A stretch of 41,982 nucleotides of DNA, from positions 1 to 41,982 of the forward strand of contig JBNKCR010000043.1 of the NCBI GenBank assembly GCA_050287845.1, read 5' to 3'. This stretch comes from Polyangia bacterium. Its GTDB lineage: Bacteria > Myxococcota_A > Polyangia > JAAYKL01. A model generated the notes under the pieces. The model was not told where the DNA came from, ran no database searches, and worked only from the letters and a program-made list of their open reading frames with translations. The position numbers were made by a program, and so were the translations under genes. Shown piece after piece: positions 27,807-38,202 of this stretch; position 1 is the stretch's first letter; the number at the start of each line of letters is the position of its first letter.

Positions 27807-29666
27807 ATGAATAGTGAACCCAATCAGCAGGGCACCATTTTCGGACATCCGGGGGGACTGTTTACCCTCTTTTTTGCGGAGATGTGGGAGAGATTTTCGT
27901 ATTACGGAATGCGATCTCTGCTCGTGTTCTACATGATCAAGGGCTTTCTGGGATTCAACGATTCCAGCGCCTATGCCATTTACGGCGCCTACACCGCCCT
28001 GGTGTATGCCACGCCATTTATCGGTGGTATGTTGGCCGACCGGTTGCTTGGCGCCAGGCGGGGGGTGGTGATTGGCGCCGTGCTGATGTCCGTGGGGCAC
28101 CTGCTGATGACCGTTGAGCTGGAATGGGCCTTTCTGGGCGGTCTGGCGTTTCTGATTTGCGGCAATGGATTTTTCAAGCCCAACATATCCACCATTGTGG
28201 GCCAGTTGTACCAGCACATGCCCAGACGGCGCGACAGCGGATTCACTCTGTTTTACATGGGCATCAATCTCGGGGCTGCCATGTCGCCGTTGATTTGCGG
28301 CTATGTGGGAGAAATGTTTGGCTGGCATTATGGCTTCGGTCTGGCGACTGGTGGAATGTTGCTGGGGCTCGCCGTGTTCACCCTGCCACCGCGAATCGCT
28401 CAGTTCATCGTTCTGATATTTGCCTTTGCCACATCGGGGCTGCTGATGACCCTGCAGAACAACACCTTTCAGTTGGTGGTTAATTCTTTTGTCTCGGTTG
28501 GTCTGCTCGCGGCGGGAACCATTGCCTTTGTGGCCATCGGTCGTGGTGGATTGCCCCGCGGCGCAGGGGCGCCCCGGGAGCCGGAGCGCATTAAACAGAA
28601 GCTGTTCGGCGTGATACGCAATGACGTGGCGGTGTATCTGGGCATCCTGCTGTCCATCCCCCTGTTCATGCTGCTGGTGGCCCGAAATGCAGTTACCGGA
28701 TGGATTCTGTCCGGATTCGGACTGGTGGCGTTTGCCTGGCTCGTCGTGTATGCGGTGCGTTCCCGGGTGGTGGAGAGACACCGGTTGTTTGTGATTCTTA
28801 TTCTTATGTTTTTCACCATGCTCTTCTGGTCTTTCTTTGAACAGGCCGGCAGTTCCATTACCAATTTTACCGACAGAAATGTGGATCGCGTATTTGAAAC
28901 CGCCACAGTAACCGGAGATATGGTGGGCAAAACCATGCCGCTGGAGCTCACCCAGGAGCAATTGGGGTATTTTCAGGAGAATAAAGTATTCACCATGACA
29001 GACCTGCAGGCCGAGCGGGAGAAATCCAGATTGCGTCACACCGACCGGACAGTTGCCCAGTGGACCATCCAGGAAGCCCACGTGGGGATGGGACTGGGTG
29101 GAGCGGAAGTGCCGGCATCTCTGTTTCAGGCGGCCAACCCCATTTTTATATTGATTTTCGGCCTGGTGTTTACCGGGCTGTGGACATTTCTGGGGAAGAG
29201 ATCGATGGAGCCCAGCACGCCGGCAAAATTTGCCCTGGGGCTCTTGCAACTGGGGATGGGGTTTGTTGCCCTGTGGTGGGGAACCCAACAGGCGGATTCC
29301 CGGGGAATGGTGGCCATTCACTGGTTGCTCATCGGGTATCTGCTGCAGACCACCGGGGAGTTGTGTCTCTCGCCGGTGGGGTTGTCCATGGTAACCAGAC
29401 TGTCGCCTTCGAGTATTGTGGCATCGGTGATGGGCGCCTGGTTTCTGGCAACCGCATTTTCCAACTACCTGGCGGGTATGATTGCCGGACTGACCGGCGT
29501 ATCTCACGGGGAAGGAGACAGCGTAATTATTCCGGCGCCTTCTGAAACGGTTCACATTTACGGAGATACTTTCGGCACCATTGCCATTACCGCCATTGTA
29601 TCATCGCTGATCTGTTTCATGCTGGTGCCGCTTCTTAAAAAATGGATGCACCCCGAAGCGGACTGA
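27807..29666 (+). CDS. POT/PTR family proton-dependent oligopeptide transporter
   Basis: GHPGGLFTLFFAEMWERFSYYGMR, GFFKPNIS, FYMGINLG, FEQAGSS and GELCLSPVGLS. Confidence 0.95.
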   Translation: MNSEPNQQGTIFGHPGGLFTLFFAEMWERFSYYGMRSLLVFYMIKGFLGFNDSSAYAIYGAYTALVYATPFIGGMLADRLLGARRGVVIGAVLMSVGHLLMTVELEWAFLGGLAFLICGNGFFKPNISTIVGQLYQHMPRRRDSGFTLFYMGINLGAAMSPLICGYVGEMFGWHYGFGLATGGMLLGLAVFTLPPRIAQFIVLIFAFATSGLLMTLQNNTFQLVVNSFVSVGLLAAGTIAFVAIGRGGLPRGAGAPREPERIKQKLFGVIRNDVAVYLGILLSIPLFMLLVARNAVTGWILSGFGLVAFAWLVVYAVRSRVVERHRLFVILILMFFTMLFWSFFEQAGSSITNFTDRNVDRVFETATVTGDMVGKTMPLELTQEQLGYFQENKVFTMTDLQAEREKSRLRHTDRTVAQWTIQEAHVGMGLGGAEVPASLFQAANPIFILIFGLVFTGLWTFLGKRSMEPSTPAKFALGLLQLGMGFVALWWGTQQADSRGMVAIHWLLIGYLLQTTGELCLSPVGLSMVTRLSPSSIVASVMGAWFLATAFSNYLAGMIAGLTGVSHGEGDSVIIPAPSETVHIYGDTFGTIAITAIVSSLICFMLVPLLKKWMHPEAD

Positions 29667-29762
29667 TTGTCACCGCCGTATCCACAGCGCACATGACTGA
29701 ACGACATTTCTGATTACTGAAGTGGATTTTATCTGCAGCCGGTATCTGCAACCGGATTCGGT

Positions 29763-31307
29763 CTACATGATTCGCCTGCCGTTCACGTAGAACCCGGCTC
29801 TGATTCCGGACCTGGTCGAAGGTTTCTCTTTAATCGCCCCATTGACCGTTACCGATGTCGCCGGACCTGTCCCGTGCGCTCCCCGCACGATGGCGAATTC
29901 TCCACCTTCGATATGGCCGGAACTGCCGGTGAGTTGCAGCACCTCTCCCGCTTCAATCCCCACGCGCGACCCAATGAACTTTCCACCGTCGAGCTCAATG
30001 GTGGTGTAGTCCGCCACGTTCAGTGCGGTGGCGCCTTTCACCTCACCGCCGCTGAATCGGTGTTCGCTGTGGGATTTTTCAATGACAATTCCAAACTCGC
30101 CGCCAACAATCTGTCCTGCAGACATCAGAATCCGGTTGGTGCCATGCACTCCTCTTGATAAAATCGCCGTGTTACCGGATATTTGGCCGCCTTCCATTTT
30201 CAGCTCCAGGGCTTCATTGGCCAGAATCCCGTAGTCCTTGCCGATGATAGTGCCATTTTCAAGCTGAATTTCCGGATTGCTTCGCTCTGTTTCCAGCGCG
30301 GTTTTTCCGGAAACGACACCCGCTTTAATGTTTATTTTGGCGTTGGATTCCGTTTCGATCCCCTTGTCGGTTCCTTCAATCTTTCCCCCTTCAAGGGTCA
30401 GCTCCAAATTCATCGAAGTCGCAATGGCGATGCGACCGATGATGTCTGATTCTTCAATATTGAAATGTCCATTCAGTTTCGCTTCGATGGCGATGCCGGT
30501 TTCGGAGGCCACAGTGCTGTGTCCGCTCATTTCGATTTCCAGATTGTGTTCTCCGATAATCCCCGCGTGCTGACCGACCACACGGCTTTCGTTTGAGATG
30601 CGGAATTTTCCATTGTTTTTCATTTGCGCTGCGAACTTCTGGCCTCTGATTTCGCTTTTATCAGAGATCCTGAACTCGCCATTGTTATCCATGTCAATTG
30701 CGCCCTGTGCTCCCTGTATAACACTGTTTTTCATCTCCAGTTTCACGTTGGTGCCATCCTTGATGACCACGCCATTTTTTGAAATCACTTTACTGTTGTC
30801 GAGAATTCGGATTTTCGGATTCACTGCCAATTCCAGGGTGTTGCCGGTTGTCTCAATGGTGCTGTGGATAATGGTGATTTCCGCGTTCCCTTCAGCGATA
30901 ACCAGTTTGTCGGCATGGATGGTGCTGTTTCGAATGATGATTTTGCAGTTGTAACCGCTTGCGGTGATGGCCGTTCCCGCAATGGTTTCAGTCCGATCAC
31001 TGATTTCAATGGTTTCGTTGTGATCCAGGGTGGCCGGGAGTCCCGGTTCAAACAGGCCGGTGGCGATGCCCACGGCAATGAATCCGCCAATGAGAATGAG
31101 CGCTATCACGATCACGGGCAGGCATCCCGGTCCATTGGAACGCGGTACTGCACGCGGGGTGGGAACAGATGTGGCGTCAGTTCGGCGAGTCGTGGAAGCC
31201 GGTTGGGAGAGATGCGTCTCAAATCCGCAATACTCGCATTTAAGGATGGTTGTTGTGGTGGCATAACTGAGCAGTGCATCGCAGTTCGGACAATTCATTG
31301 TGTTCAT
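29763..31307 (-). CDS. Zn-ribbon, TM helix and beta-helix-like repeat protein
   Basis: CPNC...CEYC, one TM segment, then ~22-aa repeats of the L.M.GG.I.G..AI type. Confidence 0.75.
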   Translation of the reverse strand: MNTMNCPNCDALLSYATTTTILKCEYCGFETHLSQPASTTRRTDATSVPTPRAVPRSNGPGCLPVIVIALILIGGFIAVGIATGLFEPGLPATLDHNETIEISDRTETIAGTAITASGYNCKIIIRNSTIHADKLVIAEGNAEITIIHSTIETTGNTLELAVNPKIRILDNSKVISKNGVVIKDGTNVKLEMKNSVIQGAQGAIDMDNNGEFRISDKSEIRGQKFAAQMKNNGKFRISNESRVVGQHAGIIGEHNLEIEMSGHSTVASETGIAIEAKLNGHFNIEESDIIGRIAIATSMNLELTLEGGKIEGTDKGIETESNAKINIKAGVVSGKTALETERSNPEIQLENGTIIGKDYGILANEALELKMEGGQISGNTAILSRGVHGTNRILMSAGQIVGGEFGIVIEKSHSEHRFSGGEVKGATALNVADYTTIELDGGKFIGSRVGIEAGEVLQLTGSSGHIEGGEFAIVRGAHGTGPATSVTVNGAIKEKPSTRSGIRAGFYVNGRRIM

Positions 31308-31523
31308 TCCCTCAAATTATCATCGGCCGGTTGCGAATGCAATCCCTTCAGCAACGGCGATTCCGGGAATGGGTTCCGGCCGTTGTGACTGTAATGAAAA
31401 TTATGCGTTGCGTATCGTACGCGTGATTTATCTGTTCAGGACTTTTTTTTGTTTGATTAACTGGTTTTGCGAACTACAATTAAATGCTGTAGCATCAGGT
31501 GAATACGGAGTTGAAAATACAGG

Positions 31524-32648
31524 ATGTCGGACGCAGATAAATTACAGGATGAAGTAGTTGAAAACGATAATAATCGACGAGATTCCCAGCGTGTTCGGGC
31601 AACCTTTCAGGTACGTTATAAAACATTGGATAGCCTGGTTTCCGCATACACAGAAAACATCTCAAAAGGAGGTATCTATGTTCGCACCAGCAACCTCCTG
31701 CCGGAAAACACGGTGGTGCGAATAAAATTGGTCATGCCTCACGATGGCCCGGAAATTGAGTGTATCGGTCAGGTGGCCCGCGTTCATAAACAGGAAGAAA
31801 AAGATCAGATTCCAACCGGGATGGCCATTGTATTTCGTGACATGTCTGATGAGCATCGGACGTTCATCGAGAGTTACATTTCGGATTTATCCACGCAAAA
31901 AATAAAACTCCAGCGCGATGAGGAAACGTTTGTCCCCCTCTCCATTGTAGTGGTGGATGATGACAGTACGGTGCGATCCCGGGCCAGCAAAGCGCTTTCT
32001 GCCAAAGGGCACAACGTGCGTACGGCGCCGGATGGTCTGGCAGGCCTCGCCACCTGTCTGAAAGACCCACCCGATCTGATACTTTCCGATGTGCAGATGC
32101 CCAAAATGGATGGATGGAATCTGCTGAAAACCATTCGTGCCCGTTCGTCACTCAACAACACGCTGGTGGTTTTTCAAACCTCGTTGAAAGATGAGAAGGA
32201 TAGGTTGTTTGGATATCAGCTGGGTGTCGACGATTATATTTCAAAGCCGTACACCACCACTGAGCTCATTGCCCGGATTAATCGACTTGTGGAACGAGCC
32301 CGTAAAACGATGGATAACAGGCGGGACACCAAGGCATTGCGAGGAGATCTGGAGCAGGTCTCAGTGCCCACGGTGCTGTCTCTTCTGGAGATGGACAGGA
32401 AAACCGGGGTATTTCTGGTGGTGGGCGCGACAGTGGCGCGGTTGTTCATCCGGGACGGCAGGCCTATCGCCATCGAACTGGAAGGCGCCACCAGAAGCGT
32501 GACCCAGGTGGAGATGATTGTCAAAATGCTCTCCTGGACCAGTGGTCAATTCGAATTCACCCCCCAGGAAGTTCACAGCGCAGATGAAATTCAGATGTCC
32601 ATGCAGGGGCTGCTGATGGAAGCCGCGCGAATTTCCGACGAACAGTAG
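31524..32648 (+). CDS. PilZ-REC-DUF4388 response regulator
   Basis: RRDSQR and NISKGG (PilZ); VVDDD, LSDVQMP and ISKP (REC); LRGDLEQVS...LLMEAARISDE (DUF4388-like). Confidence 0.9.
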   Translation: MSDADKLQDEVVENDNNRRDSQRVRATFQVRYKTLDSLVSAYTENISKGGIYVRTSNLLPENTVVRIKLVMPHDGPEIECIGQVARVHKQEEKDQIPTGMAIVFRDMSDEHRTFIESYISDLSTQKIKLQRDEETFVPLSIVVVDDDSTVRSRASKALSAKGHNVRTAPDGLAGLATCLKDPPDLILSDVQMPKMDGWNLLKTIRARSSLNNTLVVFQTSLKDEKDRLFGYQLGVDDYISKPYTTTELIARINRLVERARKTMDNRRDTKALRGDLEQVSVPTVLSLLEMDRKTGVFLVVGATVARLFIRDGRPIAIELEGATRSVTQVEMIVKMLSWTSGQFEFTPQEVHSADEIQMSMQGLLMEAARISDEQ

Positions 32649-32797
32649 ACTCGGGGAACACCGGGCAAATCGAGTTCGCATTCCGGGGTGCGATGAGTTT
32701 TTTGGGGAAATCCATTCACTTTATTTGACCTGGATAAATTTATAAATATAAGCTGGTACAAACTACGGAGAATGCCGTTTGTATGAGGAGGCATTGA

Positions 32798-33136
32798 ATG
32801 AATCAATTCCAGGGCAGAGACAGACGAGTTCATATCTGCTTTGTTACTCGAAACAGAGAATACCATGTACGTGCAGGGGTGTGCATGGCTGTGCGAGATT
32901 GCAAAAGTTCGGTATGGATTGCTGGCCATAAAGCCGTTGGACTGCGGTTGCGTCCACTTCCTCCAAGGACACCATACATCGGACGAACCCTTGAGTTTTA
33001 TAGCAGCGAGAAGCAGATGCTTGTAAAGACCACCGCGGTGGTCGATGTGATCCGCCCCAACAGAAACCAGGTGGAATCCTATGGTTTCGTTGCCGGTTTT
33101 TCACCGGAGATAGACGTTGAACAGCAGGCGGGTTGA
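32798..33136 (+). CDS. Hypothetical protein resembling a myxobacterial VTRNxEYH family
   Basis: FVTRNREYHVRAGVCMAVRD motif; GAGGAGG RBS. Confidence 0.7.
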   Translation: MNQFQGRDRRVHICFVTRNREYHVRAGVCMAVRDCKSSVWIAGHKAVGLRLRPLPPRTPYIGRTLEFYSSEKQMLVKTTAVVDVIRPNRNQVESYGFVAGFSPEIDVEQQAG

Positions 33137-33174
33137 ACGGAATTCACCCAAAAGGGGTGACTCAGAAGGAGATA

Positions 33175-33603
33175 CTATCGCTGCGTTTCGGGCCCAGCCT
33201 TTTTTAAGCTTTCCAGAAATTCATCATAAGTCAGTTCCACACCGTGTTTTCCAGCCAATGCCAGTAATTTATTGAAGTACTTCTCATGCAATGCCTGCAT
33301 TTCAACGGCATTTTGCGTGCACAGAAAGATGCGGCATCCAAGGGTTCTGCCAGTACGCGCAGTACATTGGTTGCCCTGCATATACGGGCACCATCCAGGA
33401 TGAGTAGTGGGCCTGTATCCTTCAGTTTCGATGAGATATGCCAGTTCCAGATCAGTCACCCATAATTGGTGATCATACTGGACGAAGTTGCAGCAATCAC
33501 CGCATTGGTGACACGCCGCCGTAAGGGACCGCTGCTCTGCGGCAAGTTCCAGATACAGTTCTGCCAATTCTTCTTTCAACAGCGGTGGGAAAGACAGCTT
33601 CAA
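33175..33603 (-). CDS. YkgJ-like cysteine-cluster protein
   Basis: CHQCGDCC, CPY..NQC and RTLGCRIFLC; start codon uncertain. Confidence 0.8.
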   Translation of the reverse strand: MKLSFPPLLKEELAELYLELAAEQRSLTAACHQCGDCCNFVQYDHQLWVTDLELAYLIETEGYRPTTHPGWCPYMQGNQCTARTGRTLGCRIFLCTQNAVEMQALHEKYFNKLLALAGKHGVELTYDEFLESLKKAGPETQR

Positions 33604-33647
33604 TGGTATTGCGGACCGGGGGTACCGGCTTTCTGCCGAAATGAGCG

Positions 33648-33908
33648 CTATTTGGTACGTGCGATGGTTGCTTCGAGTTCCTTGATGCCATCCTCGTTGA
33701 GGGTGGTCAGCTGGCCGGCTTCCAGGGCCGTTTTCAGCTGATCCATGGTGAAGTATTTGGGTTGGACGCGGCTCAGCTCCGGAATGGATGCATAGACGTT
33801 GCCAAGGCTGTCGATAGAGTGCACGCCATCGGGAAGTTTAATTTCGGTACCGCCACCGCGCTGTTGTTTGGAACTCACACCGCGATTCATTTTTTCTGCT
33901 TTTGCCAT
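33648..33908 (-). CDS. Small hypothetical protein
   Basis: 86-aa ORF with GAGAGGG RBS. Confidence 0.6.
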   Translation of the reverse strand: MAKAEKMNRGVSSKQQRGGGTEIKLPDGVHSIDSLGNVYASIPELSRVQPKYFTMDQLKTALEAGQLTTLNEDGIKELEATIARTK

Positions 33909-34106
33909 ATTTCCCTCTCTATTTTTTTAAAATAGTCAAAGTTCAGGTTCGTCAAGCCTTTTCGGTATCGGCCGAATCGAACAATTCTCTGCCCGCTTAT
34001 ACAGGCTGACGCCTTACGTTGCAAGCATTACGATACTTTTTTGGCGATTCCGTGAGGGGGCGAATCGTGGGAAAAGGGAAGAATCAGGAATGGAAAGATA
34101 CCGGCA

Positions 34107-36350
34107 TTATTTTTTGCCAGTAGTTTCCTTGGCCTGCATGATCAAACCTTTTTCCACAGCTTCCTTGTAACCGGCTTCGCCACCGGGGCTGTTTTTGGCA
34201 ATGGTGATTTCACCGGTGCGGCGAACATACTTTTGGGCCAGCTGGTCAAGGTTTCCAACGTTCTTTTTTGCGCCTCTGAATTTACCCGACGGGGCTTTCG
34301 TGTCGCGAATGGCAATTCCGGCCAGCAAATAGTCAGCGCTGTACAGAAGGTCGGTTTCCACCACACACCACCAGCCATTGTTCCAACCACCTTCAGGTTC
34401 GAATCCGCCGTCCCACAGCTCTTCCTGTTTCCAGTGCCACATCTGATGGGGCTTGCCACCAACGCGGGTAGGCTCCTGGTTGTCCCAGAGGAGGGCCTTG
34501 GCCGGGGCATTGGGGGCAAGCTTCGGCAAGTCCGTGTAGTTTGGACCACCCAGCGCAAAACCGGGTGCGGGCGGAATATCGAGAGAATCGGCATAGGGGC
34601 CCCATTCCAGATGATAAAATTTGGTCGGGGGGTTGCTACCGACTCCTGTGGCCAGAGAGTAGCCGTTGGGATTGCGTCCCATCAGCCAACTCCAGTTGTC
34701 TCGGGCGGCTTCCATGTATTTGGCGTCACCGGTGAGTTTTGCAGCCATGGCGAGTATGTGCACTTTTTCAGCCGTATTGGCGCCAAATCCCCAATAGTAT
34801 TCCCATTCAACAGCAACCACTTTGTGGGCATCCTTTTCCCATCTGGGAATCAACCACTCGTCCGCGCACTGGACAATCTTGTCTTTGGCGAACTGACGCA
34901 CCTCATCGGGAGTCCCTTCGTCCAGGGCCAGTTCAATCAGGCCATATCTGGACACATTGAGCCAGGATCCGGTGGTAATGACTTTCACGTCGAGTACCTG
35001 ATCGAATTTATCGATTTTGTACATGCCGAGGATAACAGCCAGAGCGTCTTTGTCACGGAATCGAACCCACATTTCAACGGCTGCCGCCCAACGGGCGCCA
35101 ATATCGTTGTACAGGTATTCGCCTGTTTCTTCATTGATAACCTGGGCTCTGATTCCCTTGTCGTGGCTCACCCGATCATCCCAACCCGGCTGGGGGCTAT
35201 CCAGAGGGTTCCATCGCATCTGCTGTGGGTGTTTGAGCATCCATTTCCATCCCAGCTTAGCGGCTTCCTCATATTTCTGAGCCAATGCTTTGTAGGCTGG
35301 AAAATCTTTGTAAAGTACAGAAGCCATAGCCAGAACCGAAACTGCCTTGGCTGTGGAAGAGGTGCTTTCCGGGCGAATCCAGCGAACGGTGCGATCTTTA
35401 TCGGCGGGTATGGGACTGGTCCAGTCCTTCACGGCTTCGCTGTGCCGGAATCCACCGTCCTTCTGCTGCAGAGACATAATCCAGTCGAGGGCCCATGTGG
35501 ACTCATCGAGAATATCGGGTACCTTGTTGCCGGATTCAGGAATATTCTGGTCGCCATCCTTGAACAGCTCCGGCGCCAGAGAGTAGGCGATGAGCAGAAT
35601 CTGCGCGGAAATACCGGTGGAGTCGATGTACATATCGAAGTTACCCGCATCGAACCAGCCCTTTTTAATCTGCTCGCCGGGCCACCATTTCTTATCGGCG
35701 CTGTTTTGCCATTTTTCCTTTTTCTCCGGGTAGAACTGCCAGTCCCACCCAACGTCTTCATAATCGTGCGAAACCCCTTCGCGAATATAACTGTAGCCGT
35801 TCCATTTGGCATAGGGATCTACGATATTCGTACGAGTGCGCTGGTAGTAGAAACTTTTCAGCAGTGTCTGCACCGCATGTGCATTCACTTTCCAGTAATC
35901 ATCCACTACAAAATCAGCGCTTTTATACCATTCATTTTTCATCTCAGCGGCTTCAACGTGATAGGTGCCTTTTTTCTTCAGGTCTGAAATATCCACCTGC
36001 CAGACTTCGTCCTGACTGATTTTATCGAATCCCCATTTGGAGATTTTGTCTGCAGTGATTTTCAGCGCCACATTGCCAGCTTTGTCTTTTACAACCGCGC
36101 CGGTGGGATCCACATTGAAAATGACCATTTTTTTCCAGTCGGTGCCATATCCAACAGTATTGACTTTAATCACGGGAACATTGACGCCCGGCTGCGCGGG
36201 ATTGGTTTTGGCTGTGACCTGGGCACTTCCCAGATCCACTGTTGCCACTTCTGTCTGTCGATTCTGGTTTCCTGTTGCGGAGGTTCCACCACAGGCGCCA
36301 ACCAGGGAGGCCACAAGGCCAAGTTCTAAAAGCTTTTTCATTTTTCTCAT
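34107..36350 (-). CDS. Glycoside hydrolase family 9-like lipoprotein with a DAGN variant motif
   Basis: Lipobox VGAC; IKVNTVGY, FYYQRT, GWFDAGN, NKVPDILDE, WLMGRNP.GYS..TGVG, PGFALGGPN and WCVVE. Confidence 0.88.
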   Translation of the reverse strand: MRKMKKLLELGLVASLVGACGGTSATGNQNRQTEVATVDLGSAQVTAKTNPAQPGVNVPVIKVNTVGYGTDWKKMVIFNVDPTGAVVKDKAGNVALKITADKISKWGFDKISQDEVWQVDISDLKKKGTYHVEAAEMKNEWYKSADFVVDDYWKVNAHAVQTLLKSFYYQRTRTNIVDPYAKWNGYSYIREGVSHDYEDVGWDWQFYPEKKEKWQNSADKKWWPGEQIKKGWFDAGNFDMYIDSTGISAQILLIAYSLAPELFKDGDQNIPESGNKVPDILDESTWALDWIMSLQQKDGGFRHSEAVKDWTSPIPADKDRTVRWIRPESTSSTAKAVSVLAMASVLYKDFPAYKALAQKYEEAAKLGWKWMLKHPQQMRWNPLDSPQPGWDDRVSHDKGIRAQVINEETGEYLYNDIGARWAAAVEMWVRFRDKDALAVILGMYKIDKFDQVLDVKVITTGSWLNVSRYGLIELALDEGTPDEVRQFAKDKIVQCADEWLIPRWEKDAHKVVAVEWEYYWGFGANTAEKVHILAMAAKLTGDAKYMEAARDNWSWLMGRNPNGYSLATGVGSNPPTKFYHLEWGPYADSLDIPPAPGFALGGPNYTDLPKLAPNAPAKALLWDNQEPTRVGGKPHQMWHWKQEELWDGGFEPEGGWNNGWWCVVETDLLYSADYLLAGIAIRDTKAPSGKFRGAKKNVGNLDQLAQKYVRRTGEITIAKNSPGGEAGYKEAVEKGLIMQAKETTGKK

Positions 36351-36462
36351 TGGACTTCCTTCTTTTTCAAAGATGCCATTCCTTTAATAACCAGTGTGTT
36401 ATTTTTAAAGCGCACCTTACTAATTTTATGAAAGTAGGTCAAATCCAGAATGACGGCTCATA

Positions 36463-38055
36463 TCAATTCGAATGAATGGACTGGGACTGACGGATTTCAA
36501 CGCTGCCCGAAAGATGTGCTTTAACTGCTTCGATAGGTACTTCTTTGCGGTGAAATATCCCGGCGGCAAGGGCGGATTCCACGTTGGTTTTTTCAAATAC
36601 TTCTGAAAAATGGTTCACCGCACCGGCGCCGCTGGACGCAATCACCGGAACGGTGACTGCGTTTTTCACCGCAGAAATCAGCTCAATATCAAACCCCGAA
36701 TTGGTACCGTCTTTATCAATGCAATTCAACAGAATTTCACCGGCGCCGAGCTTTTCAGTCACCTGAGCCAGCGTGATGGCGTCGATGGGCGCGCCTTCGC
36801 GGCCACCTTTCACCGTGCATTCATACCAGCAATATGTTTCCCCGTTGGGGCCGGGATATGCGGTTTCAATGACCTGATGCGGGACATCGTCCTTTGCATT
36901 CACATATACCCTGCGAGGGTCCACAGAAATGACCACCGCCTGAGACCCATACACCTTCGAGATGGTCTCAATGGGGCTGGTGCCGGTTTTTTGGCCAGTC
37001 TTCAGATAGTCCAGCGCCACACTTACCGCATCACTGCCAATGGACACCTTGTCCGCTCCGGAGCGAAAATACGCCGATGCCACTTCGAGGGCAGTATATG
37101 CGTGTCCGTTTTCATCTGTATAGTCCCGGATTCCACCGCCGATGGTCAGGGGAACAAACACATTTTCTGATGTTTTTTCCAATACTTCGAGCATGGGCAT
37201 GTCTTCCAGCGGGAAATCGCGGAATCCCGTGATGTTCAGAAACGTGATTTCATCGGCGCCTTCCTCATAGTACCGCTGTGCCAGTGTCACCGGCGCACCG
37301 AGATTACGCACCGCTCCTTTTTCGCGAACATCGTACTGATCGCCTTTGGTGACCACCAGATCTCCGTCGTCATTGCTGCGTACATCCAGACACGCAATGA
37401 TACGTTTGGCCAGAAGGGTTTCTCCGGTCCGGATATTCGCGGGCATGGACTCGCCCGTATTTTCAATGAAATTTCGGAGCACCTTCAAACCATTGTCACC
37501 GCTTTTTTCCGGGTGAAACTGGGTGCCGATTACATTGCCTTTCTGAACTGCACTGACAAAGCGCTTGCCGTAGTCCGTCCGGGTCAGTACCGCCCCTTCG
37601 TCGCTCGGGTCGATGTAGTACGAGTGAACGAAATAGAACTTTTCACTTCCTTCCAACCCATTAAACAGAATGGATTTCTGCACAGGAAGAATGCCGTTCC
37701 AGCCAATGTGGGGGACGGCGAGGTCAACCTCAAACCGTTTCACTGTACCTTTCAGAAATCCCAGACCGGAAACACCGGGACTTTCCTCACTGCCTTCCAG
37801 CAGGGCCTGCATCCCCAGACAGATACCCAGAAATGGGCGGTTCCGGGCCAGATACTCCCGCAACGGTTCGATGTAATTCCGTTCCTTCAATATGCCCATC
37901 ATGCTGCCAAAGGAGCCGACCCCCGGGAAAATCAGGCGATCTGCATGCAGAATGTCCGCGGGACTGGAGACCATCTTGACCTGATGTCCCAGTTTCCCGA
38001 TAGAATTAACAACACTTCTGACATTTCCTGCACCGTAATCGAGTAACGTAATCAT
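36463..38055 (-). CDS. hisHF: Fused imidazole glycerol phosphate synthase HisH-HisF (HIS7 type)
   Basis: [17 protein letters not shown] and QFHPEKSG, then [49 protein letters not shown] and LAAGIFH. Confidence 0.95.
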   Translation of the reverse strand: MITLLDYGAGNVRSVVNSIGKLGHQVKMVSSPADILHADRLIFPGVGSFGSMMGILKERNYIEPLREYLARNRPFLGICLGMQALLEGSEESPGVSGLGFLKGTVKRFEVDLAVPHIGWNGILPVQKSILFNGLEGSEKFYFVHSYYIDPSDEGAVLTRTDYGKRFVSAVQKGNVIGTQFHPEKSGDNGLKVLRNFIENTGESMPANIRTGETLLAKRIIACLDVRSNDDGDLVVTKGDQYDVREKGAVRNLGAPVTLAQRYYEEGADEITFLNITGFRDFPLEDMPMLEVLEKTSENVFVPLTIGGGIRDYTDENGHAYTALEVASAYFRSGADKVSIGSDAVSVALDYLKTGQKTGTSPIETISKVYGSQAVVISVDPRRVYVNAKDDVPHQVIETAYPGPNGETYCWYECTVKGGREGAPIDAITLAQVTEKLGAGEILLNCIDKDGTNSGFDIELISAVKNAVTVPVIASSGAGAVNHFSEVFEKTNVESALAAGIFHRKEVPIEAVKAHLSGSVEIRQSQSIHSN

Positions 38056-38202
38056 GGGTATCTCCCGGGTTTCCTGGTTCGCGTTCCGCCTCTTTATTAA
38101 TCGTGAAAAATTGAATGTAAAGGAGATTTGCGGCGGAATTGAAAAATGCGTCAAATTGTGTTTCATTTGTGTGTCTCTCTATCGTCCGGACACAAGGAAA
38201 CC

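Noticed and set aside
27693..29555. 620-aa minus-strand ORF
   Set aside because: Antisense shadow of the POT transporter; no motifs
33144..33160. Hairpin TCACCC-AAAAG-GGGTGA between convergent genes
   Set aside because: Short stem with no U-tract; too weak to call a terminator
34233..35987. 584-aa plus-strand ORF
   Set aside because: Antisense shadow of the GH9 gene
38056..38166. His-containing upstream extension of hisHF as an attenuator leader
   Set aside because: Only two scattered His codons, in frame with the gene, and no terminator/antiterminator structure seen
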